Of a stretch of DNA of 64,000 bases, positions 32,396 through 42,721 are shown in pieces. The position numbers and the translations under genes are program-made. The notes below the pieces were generated by a model that had not been told where the DNA came from, searched no databases, and saw only the letters and a program-made list of their open reading frames with translations. The DNA is from an uncultured Planctomycetota bacterium. Its GTDB lineage: Bacteria; Planctomycetota; Planctomycetia; Isosphaerales; Isosphaeraceae. The first letter of the stretch is position 1; each line of letters opens with the position of its first letter. Location of the stretch: positions 160,001 to 224,000 of the forward strand of contig CAWGMQ010000006.1 of assembly GCA_963823665.1 (NCBI GenBank), given 5' to 3'.

Positions 32396-32714
32396 GGACT
32401 CGACCCGCTATAGACGGTGAGATGTCCGGCGCCTACGTTGGCGGTCACGGCCCGGCGCGACCAGCCGGCCTGGTCTGTGCCCGGTATTGTCGCGTCGCAC
32501 GGCTCGGCCCGGTACCCCACTTTGGTCGGGCAGACTGGTCGCGGTGTTAACCCCAGGCTGGCTAGCCCGCCAGTACATGCGCTGGACCGAATGCGAGGCC
32601 CGAGATCTGCGAATTACCCCTATCTTATGGTTTCCCCGGAGCGCGTACAACCACCCGAGATGATTCTGGGAAGGATTGGCGCGGCCCCTCAGCGAAGCTC
32701 CCTGATGCCCGGGT

Positions 32715-32730
32715 AAAGGTGTCAGGAACC
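32715..32730 (+). repeat. 16-bp direct repeat, right copy (AAAGGTGTCAGGAACC)
   Basis: Identical to 29064-29079. Confidence 0.9.
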
Positions 32731-33110
32731 GAAAACACTGCAAGAATCCCACGCAAGTCCTGACTCATGAAACAGACGTCCGCGCCATAATACATCCGCC
32801 CGAGCTGTCACCCGCGCCGACCGCCCGGACCCGTCGATGATCACAGCACTTCGCCCAATTCTTGACGAAGGTGAGTTCCACGAGAACCTCTTCGCCGCGG
32901 AATAGGTCGCACACCGAGCGCTCCTTGATCTGATCCAAACTCCCACCCGGCCTGCGTCCCCGGCAGGATCTCTACTTCTTCTTCGTTACCTTAGTTACCT
33001 TATGTTCAATCTTGAATTCGTACCGGCCCTGGCAACGCCGGTTCACCACGTAAGCGCTGTTGAACGCTGCAAACATGAACCACCTTGCGCCCGAAGTCCT
33101 CGAACAACCC

Positions 33111-33731
33111 TCAATCCGGAAGCCGCCCCCCTAGCGCCGTCTTCAACTGCTCCCGCGCCGCCACCCATAGCCGCTTCACCTTGGCTTCCGAGAGCCCGAG
33201 CACCATCGACGCCTCTGTCTGCGTCATCCCGTGGTACCACACCAGGTCGAACACACAGCGCTCGCCTGCCGGCAACTGTTCGATCAACAGGTGAAAATCT
33301 TTCCAGAACGCCAGCTCCTGCTGGTCTTGATTGCCTTGCACCACCGGCTCGACGACCGGCCGCCAGTCGTCCTCCAGCGACCCGCCGACCTTCGCGACTT
33401 CGTGGTTCGCCCCCAGCCCCTGCGGGCCGAAATAATGCCGGCATAAATCAATCAGCTCCCGGCGTATTTGCAGGGCGGCCAGGGAGAAGAAGTCCTGCAC
33501 CGAGCTGACCGGCGTCGAGTCCATCGCGCGCAGCAGCCGCACGATCGCGTTTTGCAAAACATCGTCGATGTCGACCCAGCGCTCGAGCCGGTCGTACTTC
33601 TGCATCATCTTGCCGACCAGCCCGCGCAGCCGCGCGCAGGCATGACGAATCAGCTCGTCGCGGGCCGATTGATCGCCGGCGTTCAGCCGGTCGATCCATG
33701 CCTGAAGCTCAGCCGCAGATTCCATCGCCAT
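33111..33731 (-). CDS. ECF RNA polymerase sigma factor
   Basis: GDQSARDEL, DDVLQ, RRELIDL; region 4 LPAGERCVFDL...GMTQTEA...LGLS. Confidence 0.9.
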   Translation of the reverse strand: MAMESAAELQAWIDRLNAGDQSARDELIRHACARLRGLVGKMMQKYDRLERWVDIDDVLQNAIVRLLRAMDSTPVSSVQDFFSLAALQIRRELIDLCRHYFGPQGLGANHEVAKVGGSLEDDWRPVVEPVVQGNQDQQELAFWKDFHLLIEQLPAGERCVFDLVWYHGMTQTEASMVLGLSEAKVKRLWVAAREQLKTALGGRLPD

Positions 33732-33914
33732 CAAAGCAGCCTAATTGCCCCGTTCAGAGGCCGCAACAGAAAATTCGCCGAACCGCGCTGCGCGGTCGCG
33801 GCATCGGCTTCCGCTTTACTGAATAGAGGCTCAAACGAGCCACCCACCACAACGGTGTCCCACCCGTTCTCGAATTCATTTTGACTTCGAACGAGCTAAC
33901 GCAGGAGTACTGCC

Positions 33915-36308
33915 ATGAAATCGCTGTCGATCGCTTTGGAGCGGCTGTCGTTCAATTTGCACCAGGCCAAGAAGGGCCTCATCACCCCTACGACCCGATC
34001 CAGGGCAGCCACACGGCGAGCAACCCGGGCACGGCTGGGACTGGAATGCCTGGAAACCCGGGACTTGATGAGCGGCATGACCCTGGCAAACCCGGTCAGT
34101 GGCGCCACGCCGGCCCCCAACTCGCAGAACCCGCCACTGCTATTGCCCCCCGCGAGCCTGGCCGCGACGCCGGTGTCTCCAACTCAGGTCGATCTCGCTT
34201 GGCAAGACATAGTTGGGAGCGCCCAGCAAGCATTCGTGTACGAGCAGACCGGCTCGGGCAAATGGTCAACGCTCGCCACCCTGAACGGCGATCCGAAGTC
34301 CTACACCGTGACGGGCTTGAACCCCGATTCCGCGTACAACTTTTATATCTACACTTACGGCACAGCACTTACCATCTTCAGCGGGGGATTTTACTACATC
34401 AACAGCACGTCGTCGAACGTGGCGAGCGCGACCACATTTCTCCCGCTTCAGGGATCACCGACTCTCACCGCGACGGCAGCCTCGTCGACGGCGGTAAACC
34501 TCACATGGACGCCCGTATCAGGAGTGCAACAGTACACAGCGAGCTGGTCGCAGAACCCCGGAGGTCAAGTTCAATCGACGCTGTTAAGCCAGAGCACGTT
34601 GCAGTGGCAGGTCACGGGCTTGAGCCCCTATACGAGCTATAACTTCCAGGTCACCGCGGACGATGGCGTGAATACCTCGAGCCCGTCCAACGTTCAGACG
34701 GTGACCACATTGCAAACCAGCCCGACGGTCACGGCGACTCCTTCGTCGACGGGAATCTACCTCTCCTGGAACAACCTCCCCGGTAGCATGGACTATATGG
34801 TATACGGGATGCAGAACGGCACCTGGCAACCGATCGCGAACGTCGGCACCGTCACCGACTATCCGTATGGCGGTCTGACTCCATACACGACGTACGACTT
34901 GAAGGTAGGTGCGGTCGGCCCCTGGGGCATAGCCTGGTCGAGCCCCCAGAACGTGACGACGCTCCCGCCGACCGTTACGTTGAACGCGACGGCGGTTTCC
35001 GCGAGCCAGGCTAACCTCACGTGGAACAGCGCGCCCGGTACCACCGAATACGACGTCTATTGCAGCCAGGCCGGCTCCCCCTGGGATTTTTGCGGTTCAA
35101 CAACCACGGGTACCAGCTACTCAGTGCCCGGCCTGAGTTCCGCCTCCAACTGGAGCTTCAAAATAGGTGATGTCGGCCCGTGGGGCCTCAATTGGTCGAA
35201 TGTCCAGACCGTTCTCACTTTCCCGGTGGCACCGGCCATTTCTATCGCGGCGAGCTCCTCCACTCAGGTGATAATCCAGAACGTCTATTCCGGCGGTGCC
35301 ACCGGCTACTATATCGATGAGATGGTCAAAGGGGCGTGGCAGCAGGTCGCCAATCTGAGCGCAAATACCAACATCTCCGCCGGATACACTTACGATGTTA
35401 ACGGCTTGAACCCCAACACCACGTATCAATTCCAGGTCGGGGCCTACAACGCATCGGGCACGAGCTGGACAGCCGCAAAGACCGTCACGACATTCCCGGC
35501 CGCCCCAACGGTCTCGGCGTCGATTTCTTCGACACAGATCAATTTCTCGTGGGCAACCGTGCCCGGCGCCACCGCCTACGGAATCGATGAGCTGGAAGGT
35601 GGGCTTTGGCAGCAGGTCGCCAGCCTGGGCAGCACCGCAACCAGCGACTCGGTGACCGGCTTGAGCCCCGACACCACGTACAGCTTCAAGTTCAGCGCTT
35701 CAAATTCGGCAGGCACGAGCTGGACGAATTCCGAAAACGTGACCACTTCTCCCGCCACCCCGGTGTTCACCCTCTCGGCGGTCTCCCCGACGCAAGTCAA
35801 TGTCGCGTGGAACAGCGTCCCCGGCGCCAGCGAGTACCTGATCGAGGTGTGGACTGGTGGCGTCTTGACGCAGAACATCGTCGTGGCCCCAAGCCCCACC
35901 AGCTACGCGGTCACCGGCCTGAACCCGGAAACCAACTATCAGTTTCAGGTTTTCGCCCTCAGCCTGTTGGGCACCAGTGCCGCGAACACCGAAACCATCA
36001 CCACGCCCCCGGCCGCCCCTGTGGTCACCTTGTCGGCGTCTTCCGCGGTACAGATGAACGTGGCGTGGAACGCCGTGGCCGGGGCCACCAGCTACCTGGT
36101 AGAGGAATTGGAAGGCAGCACCTGGGTTCAGGTCGGCGACGTGGCCGCCACGACGACCTCGCTCTTGGTCGGCAGCTTGCTCCCCAACACCAGTTACGAA
36201 TTCCGAGTTGCCGCCGTCAGCCCCTCAGGCACGACCTGGTCAACGGCCCAGACCGCACGGACACCTGCACTCCACTTCACTCCAGTCCCAGTCGTCACTG
36301 TTGCGTAG
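33915..36308 (+). CDS. Secreted fibronectin type III repeat protein (about 8 FN3) with planctomycete LEPRxLL-type signal
   Basis: LECLETRDLMS; recurring L.W...GL.P.T.Y.F.V repeats; AGGAG RBS. Confidence 0.9.
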   Translation: MKSLSIALERLSFNLHQAKKGLITPTTRSRAATRRATRARLGLECLETRDLMSGMTLANPVSGATPAPNSQNPPLLLPPASLAATPVSPTQVDLAWQDIVGSAQQAFVYEQTGSGKWSTLATLNGDPKSYTVTGLNPDSAYNFYIYTYGTALTIFSGGFYYINSTSSNVASATTFLPLQGSPTLTATAASSTAVNLTWTPVSGVQQYTASWSQNPGGQVQSTLLSQSTLQWQVTGLSPYTSYNFQVTADDGVNTSSPSNVQTVTTLQTSPTVTATPSSTGIYLSWNNLPGSMDYMVYGMQNGTWQPIANVGTVTDYPYGGLTPYTTYDLKVGAVGPWGIAWSSPQNVTTLPPTVTLNATAVSASQANLTWNSAPGTTEYDVYCSQAGSPWDFCGSTTTGTSYSVPGLSSASNWSFKIGDVGPWGLNWSNVQTVLTFPVAPAISIAASSSTQVIIQNVYSGGATGYYIDEMVKGAWQQVANLSANTNISAGYTYDVNGLNPNTTYQFQVGAYNASGTSWTAAKTVTTFPAAPTVSASISSTQINFSWATVPGATAYGIDELEGGLWQQVASLGSTATSDSVTGLSPDTTYSFKFSASNSAGTSWTNSENVTTSPATPVFTLSAVSPTQVNVAWNSVPGASEYLIEVWTGGVLTQNIVVAPSPTSYAVTGLNPETNYQFQVFALSLLGTSAANTETITTPPAAPVVTLSASSAVQMNVAWNAVAGATSYLVEELEGSTWVQVGDVAATTTSLLVGSLLPNTSYEFRVAAVSPSGTTWSTAQTARTPALHFTPVPVVTVA

Positions 36309-36334
36309 TCGGCCAGGTCACGAGATTGCGGTCT

Positions 36335-36362
36335 GACCCCCGAATCGAAAGATTCGGGGGTC
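36335..36362. terminator. Perfect 12-bp hairpin with GAAA loop after the FN3 gene
   Basis: GACCCCCGAATC-GAAA-GATTCGGGGGTC; no U-tail, so could be a REP. Confidence 0.55.
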
Positions 36363-36447
36363 TGATGCGTCACCAGCCCTGTACGTCATCGAGAACGTAG
36401 TCTCCGACCAGGGAACTGTTGACACACGAAGCCTCGTCCGGCTGTCG

Positions 36448-36792
36448 ATGAACCGTGAGAACAAACTCGTAAGAGAGACCCTCGTGTCCAGGGACCAGCG
36501 TTTCTTCGGCCACTTCGGCGGCCATCAAATCGCCCTGGGCCGGTTCATCGTAACCAGCTACGGCGGGGTCATTGACATCCAGGCCAAGAAGGTCATTCTC
36601 GACGAGCAGGACGGGAAGTTGCTCGGCCTCGAGGAAGAGAAGCGTCGTTCCGTCTACCACAATGGCAAGCTCATCGGTCAGTGGGTGTTTAACCCCGTGC
36701 AGTCCGAGACCGTCCCGGGACTTCTCGCCTTCGCCTACGTCCAGCCGGATAAGAATGCAAATCTGGGGTACCCGGACGGCGTCGCTGTTTGA
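36448..36792 (+). CDS. Hypothetical protein
   Basis: 114-aa ORF with protein-like composition; no family recognised. Confidence 0.6.
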   Translation: MNRENKLVRETLVSRDQRFFGHFGGHQIALGRFIVTSYGGVIDIQAKKVILDEQDGKLLGLEEEKRRSVYHNGKLIGQWVFNPVQSETVPGLLAFAYVQPDKNANLGYPDGVAV

Positions 36793-36872
36793 AACAAACA
36801 CGTTGGTGACTTGCGATCGATCAAAATTCCGGTGAATGACTTGATCGGTTGGTCAAAGTAGCCCCGCCCCGA

Positions 36873-39800
36873 TCACTGTTTGGCCCCGGCGATCGCCTCG
36901 ACCGCCGCTTCAGCCGCGCGACGGACTTCATCGTCAGCATCACCAAGTCGCTCACGCAGCCGGTCAAGCGCGGCGCGCGCATCATCGCCCATCGAGCCCA
37001 GGGCCCGCGCGGCCCCGAGTCTCACCATAGCCGACGAATCAGCCAAGGCCGCGACCAGATCGGGTACGACATCTCTGCCGACGTACCCCAGCGCCGCCGA
37101 CGCCCCGGCGCGGATCCGCTCGTCCGGGTCCTTGAGCGCCGCGAGCAACGCATCGCGCGGCTCCTTGAATCGTGCGCGAGCCTGCTCGGTGGTCTCACCC
37201 TCCTGCCGTTTCCATCTCGAGTCGGTCATCCGCGAGAGCACATACGCCGCGCGGTCCCGCAAATTCTTGTCGTCGTTCCGCAGCAGCGCCCGCAACGACG
37301 AAAACGCGGGCATCCCGATCGTCTCCAGCCCGTCCGCGGCAGCGTTCTTCACTTCCCCGTCGCTCTCTCGCATCATCGCGACCAGGACAGGGATGACCCG
37401 GTCATCACGCGAACCGATCTTCCCCAGCGATTCGGTGGCGTGCTCTCGAACCACACGGTCTGGATCCTTGAGCGCCGCGACCAGGCCGGAAACGGCCGCC
37501 GCGGCGGCAGATCCATTGCCAATAGGTCCAATCGCCTCTGCAGCGGCCGCGCGCGTCTCCTCGTCGGGATCCGCAAGTGCCCGGACCAGTTCGGGGATCG
37601 CGGCCGACGCGTCAGGGCCGACCTCGCCCAGCGCCGCGATCGCCAGCCGGCGGATATTCGAGTCGCGGTCGCGCAGAACGGCGATCAGCGCGGTAACCGC
37701 CGGCGCCCCAATATGCCCGAGCGCCGTCGCAGCGTTGTCGGCCACGAACCACTTGGAGTCGCGTAACAACCGAACGAGTCCGGGCACCGCCGGCGCGGCA
37801 TCGCGGCCAATGCCTCCCAGCGCCTCGGCGGCCGCCGCTCGCCGGCCTTCGTCGCCGTCGCCCAGCATCTCGGTAAGCGCGGCAATCCCAGCGCGGGCAT
37901 CGGGACCGATTTGCCCCAGCGCCTTCGCCGCCGCAACAGCCAACCCGTCGGCCTTGCTGATCATCCCACCGAAACCCATAGTGCCCGGCGCGCCCGGCAC
38001 GTCATCCGTTGATCGCAAAAGGCGAATCAACTCCGGCACGGCATCCTTCGCCGCCGGCCCGATCTCCCCAAGCACACCAGCCGCGTACCAGCAGGTAAGC
38101 AAGTCGCCATCTTTGAGCGCGTCAATCAAAGCCGGAATCGCCGGCACAGCCGCGGCGCCAAACCCGCCCAGGGTCTGGATCGCGCCGACCCGCAGCATCT
38201 GCCCATTGCCGGAACCGCCGCTCCGATTGCCGTTGCCGCCGCCGATGGGCGAGGCCAGCCGGATGCGGGCACCCGGCGCCATGCGCGTGGTCCGGTCCTT
38301 GACCATCTCGATGAGAGCCGGCACAGCCCACTCGCCTCCCCCGAGCGAATAAAGCCCCCAGGCAACAGCCCATCGAACCTCAGTGTCAGAGTCCTTCAGG
38401 GCCGCGACCAGCGCACGACCGGCCTGGGAGCGGAGCCGCAGTCCCCGCTCGCGGGCCTCGGCCTGGGCCGGATCGGGCTTTTCGTCCCCGAGCTGATCGT
38501 CGGGGCGCGGCAAGTCATCGGCAAGCCCCGCGAGTGCATAAGCGGCCGCGGTCCTCACCTCCGCATCGGGATCTTTCAGCCCTTCGATCAGGGCGACGCC
38601 CGCCGATGCGTCCAGTGCCTCAAGAGCCTCGTCGTATTTCCATTCGTTCACGTCCCCCGCTCGAATGGCCTCGAGCAGTGACTGGGCCGCGGCCTCGCCG
38701 CTCGGCGCCACGGCGACGAGCAGCCTGCGCGCCTCCGCGCGGACTTTCTCGTCCTCGTCGCGGGCGAGCTCGCGCAGCGCCGGGATCGCATCACGCGCGT
38801 CCGGACCAGAGCGCGCTTTCTCGCCGAACTTCTCGACCACCCCTGGTCCGCGGACCTCCGTCAGGACTCCCAGGACCCCGACCTTGATGGACCGCGGTGT
38901 ACTCGGCTTGGCCAGCAGCCCGAAAAGGGGTGAAGAGACCTTGTCGCCCAGCATCTGAAGTGCCCACGAGGCCCGCCGGCTCACTCGTCCGTCGGGGTCG
39001 CCAAGACAAGTGGTCAGCCGATCGATCATCGCGGACTTCGCGCTCGGGCCAATCGCCTCGAGCGCCCAGGCCGCCTTGGCCGAGACGTAAGCATCGCCGG
39101 CGTAATTCTCGTCGGGGTCGCCCAGGGCTTCCAGCAGCGCAGGCGTCGCATCCTTCGCCGCCGGGCCAAACTGGGAGAGCGACTCTCCCGCGGCCCGGCG
39201 GACATTGACATCCGGGTCTTTGAGCCGCGCGATCAGCAAGGGTACCGAAGCCGGAGCGTCTCCCTTGAAGACTGGCAGCAGCCGCGCCACCGCCGCACGA
39301 ACACGCGGATCGGAGTCGCCCAGTGCCGCCCGCAGTGCCGCGGGAGCCGCCGGGTTCTGGACCAGCCCCGGGCTGTCGTGGAATTGCCCGCCGTCGTTGG
39401 AAAACCACTCGGCGTGGGCTCGATCGAGTCTCGCGGCCACCGCGGCGCGCACGTCGGCGTCCGCATCCTTGAGCGCGGTGAGCAACGTCGCCACCGCCGC
39501 ATCCGTCTTGAGAGCATCCTCATCGATCGCGCCCGCCGCAACTCGGCGGACACGAGGGTCAGAATCCTTCAAGAGCGCGAACACGACCGCCCGCGATCCC
39601 GCCGGTACGCTCCCAACCCGGCCGAACGCCCGCAGGGCCGCGACACGCACCTCGGCCACAGGGTCGCTCAAAGCAGTGACGAGCTCCGGGATAACCGCCG
39701 AAGCCTCCGAGCCGATATCACGCAGCGCGCCGGCGGCCGCGGCACGCACGCCCGGATCGGCGTCCTTGAGTGCCTCAGCCAGGGGCTTGATCGCTCCCCG

Positions 39801-41044
39801 AGCGATCGTCCGCGAGCTGTATTGCGCCGCCTGCCGTTCCCAGCCGATGCGGCCGAGCGTCTCCGCGGCGCAGGCGCGGAAACCTGGGTCGGGATCCTTC
39901 AGGCTCGCGATGAGCGCGGGTGCGGCGTCCCTCGCACCGATGCCGCCGAGGGCCGCGGCGGCCTCCCGACGCAAGTCCGTGTCGAAGAGCAGTGCGATCA
40001 ACCGGGGCACCGCCGACTTTGCATCGTCCCCCAGGAACCCCAGCGCCCGCAAGGCGATAACGCGGGATTCACGCTCGGGGGCGCCGAGCCGCTCCACGAG
40101 CGCGGAGACGGCCGCCGGCCCGATCGCGCGGAGAGCGGCCTGATACACCGAAGGCCGCGGCTCGCCTTCGCGCTGCCAGAAGTCAAAGCTTGGCGCGCGC
40201 GAGCCCTTCGGGTCTTCGGCGGCCTCCTTGTCGCCCAGCGCTGCCACGAGCGCCGGGATTGCGGCCTTGGCCCGCGCTCCCAGCGTTTCGAGCGCCGCGC
40301 CGCGCCGCCGCGGACCTTCGGGTCTCGATCGCGCAAGCCGCGGATGAGCGGCTCGACGGCTTCAGGACCGGCCCCCGCCAGGGCCGCGGCGATATTCTCG
40401 CGGGTCTCTCGGTCGGGCACACGCAGCGCCTCGATCAAGCCCGGGATAAACGGCCGAACCGCGGGACCGTTGTGGCTCAACGAGAGTGCGGCCATCCGCC
40501 GCAACCTCTGGTCATTGTCACTCAACAAATCGATCAGAACGGGGACGGCCGGCTCGCCCAGCGCTGCGAGTGCGTATACCACTACTGGCGTGCGCCGGTC
40601 CTCCCCAGCGCGAAGGTTGGCAACAAATGCCGGCACCGCAACCTTGGGGTCCGGCTTCGCGACCTGGAGCGCCCACGCCGCCGCGGTGCGTACGCCGCTG
40701 TCCGGATCGTCGAGCGCTGCAAGCAAAGCCGGGACCGCGGGCGTGGCCGCAGGGCCGATCCGGTGCAGCACATCCGCCGTCGCCTTCCGAACTTTCGCGT
40801 CTTGGTCGGAGAGCCCAGCGATGAGCGAGGGCACCGCCGGCGCCGCACGAGGCCCAAACCGCTTCAGCCGCTGGAGCGCCTGGAGTCGTGCGTTCGGATC
40901 CCCCCCACGCCAGCTTTCCAGCGCGGCAGCCAACCGGCGGTCGGAGATTTGCGCCTCCTGCGCCCGTCCCGCACTCCAGAGTGAGCCACTCGCCATAAGA
41001 GTGCCCAACACAACCGGAAGTGAACGGCTTGCCCGCCTTAACAT
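36873..41044 (-). CDS. Large secreted HEAT-repeat protein (frameshift near 40300)
   Basis: Signal peptide; many AVP.LI.AL.D.D..VR..AA.AL repeats across two frames. Confidence 0.9.
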
Positions 41045-41220
41045 CGGAAGACCCTCCAGGACCGAACGCGGTGCGGATGCACGCGAGGGTGTCATGGCCA
41101 CCGCCGTGGTAAAAGACGTTCCTCAGTCGCGTCCCATTCGCGCCGCGCCGTCACTGACTAAATGACATTGCACGATCATCCGACTCAGATTGGTGGCACT
41201 AGCTTCGCCGGTGGTTCCGT

Positions 41221-41244
41221 GTAGCAGGCACACTCCGTGTGCCG
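41221..41244 (+). repeat. GTAG-type REP-like palindrome (intergenic)
   Basis: Identical to 19420-19443. Confidence 0.85.
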
Positions 41245-41364
41245 TCCGCCGAGGTTGTCGGTCGGTGTCACTGGCTATGCCTTTGCTCCAGCCCGCGCGA
41301 ATCGCCGTCCCGGAATCGCGAAAAGCCATTTAGCCTGACACCCGCTAGAAACCCCGGCGCTCCC

Positions 41365-42206
41365 TCACCTGACGCGACCGTTTACGTAAATCTCAGCCTC
41401 GGGAAGCGAGCGATGCAGTCGATTGGTCGCCTCGTCGCTCACCTGGGCGCCGTCGATGATAACCTGGCGAAGAGACTTCATCGCGCCGATGCGGTCGAGC
41501 CACGCGTCCGTTATCTGCGGGCCGCCGATGTTCAGGGTCCGGAGGTTTGTTAGCCCCACCAGTTTGGCCAATCCGGCGTCCGTGCACTCCTTCGAGCCCA
41601 CGCCAAGGTCCGTCAGGCCGGTCAGGTTCGATAGGGCGGCAAGGCCGGCATCGGTATAGGCACCGCCGCCGATGTAGAGCCGCTTCAATCCGGTAAGCCG
41701 GGCGCGGTTCGCCAGCCCGGCATCGTCCAATGCCGTTCCGGGAATCACCAGGGACTTGAGCTGGCGCAACCCGGCGAGATGGACCAAACCCGAGCCGGTG
41801 ATGCTCGCCCCGGAGAGATTGATTTCCTCGAGGTCCGGCAGCCCTTCCAGATAGGCCAGCGCCGCGTCGGTCAACCCGGGCACCCGCAGGAGCTCGACCT
41901 TCTTGAGGCTTCCCAGCTCGGCGATGAGGCGACGCACCGCAGCACTCTTCGGCTCACTGCGCCACCCGGCGGTGGATCCGCCTCACACAATTCGATCCCG
42001 GAGGCTGCCGATGTGCTTCTGCTCGGCTTGGGCAACGCCGAAACCGCTGCTTCCTCGCGCAGCCGAACCGCGCTCGCTCTCCGATACCGTAAAACCGCAA
42101 GACCGGCACCCGCGACAGCCAGCGACACGAGGACCACCACGATCCAGCCACGTCGCTTCCGCCCACCGCCCACATTAACTCGCGCACTCGCGCAAGCCCC
42201 GCTCAC
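41365..42206 (-). pseudogene. Membrane-anchored leucine-rich repeat protein, disrupted 5' part
   Basis: TDAGLA.L..L..L..L repeats in 41365..41937; TM N-terminus in another frame; in-frame TGA near 41985. Confidence 0.6.
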
Positions 42207-42302
42207 GTTTGCGTCCTTGCGTCTTGGTGTGAGAACAGTAAGACTGCTCTGATGATTTTGCCTTCCACCATCGCGCCAGTCCGCCCAGGATCAAACAACC
42301 AC

Positions 42303-42689
42303 ATGAAGCGCCTTCCACCCAAGCCGAAAGACATCGACGAATACATCGCCTCATTTCCACCCGAGGTTCAAGCAATCCTCGAGAAGATCCGCGCAACAAT
42401 CCACAAAGTGGCTCCGGACGCAAAGGAGAAGATCAGCTACGGAATGCCAACGTTCGCCTCCTCGGGCAATCTCATTCACTTCGCCGCCTTCAAGAATCAC
42501 ATCGGCCTCTTCCCGCCCGTCAAAGGCGACGCGAAACTCCAGGCCGAGATTGCACCCTACAAAGGCGAGAAGGGGAACCTGAAGTTCCCCCTTGATAAAC
42601 CTATCCCTCACGCCTTGGTCGCCAGAATCGTGAAGTTCCGAGTGAAGGAACAGGCGAGGCGAGCCGAATCAAGAAATCGCACGACGTAG
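42303..42689 (+). CDS. DUF1801/YdhG-like protein
   Basis: IDEYIA, EKISYGMPTF, HFAAFKNHIG.FP, KGNLKFPLDKPIP. Confidence 0.88.
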   Translation: MKRLPPKPKDIDEYIASFPPEVQAILEKIRATIHKVAPDAKEKISYGMPTFASSGNLIHFAAFKNHIGLFPPVKGDAKLQAEIAPYKGEKGNLKFPLDKPIPHALVARIVKFRVKEQARRAESRNRTT

Positions 42690-42707
42690 GGTCCGCTACT
42701 GCGGACC
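42686..42707 (+). repeat. GTAG-type REP-like palindrome supplying the TAG stop of the DUF1801 gene
   Basis: GTAG-GGTCCGC-TACT-GCGGACC. Confidence 0.8.
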
Positions 42708-42721
42708 ATCTTGAACCCCCC

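Noticed and set aside
36849..41165. Long plus-strand ORFs here and opposite many other genes
   Set aside because: Antisense shadows of GC-rich genes with Arg/Ala/Ser-rich, motif-free translations.
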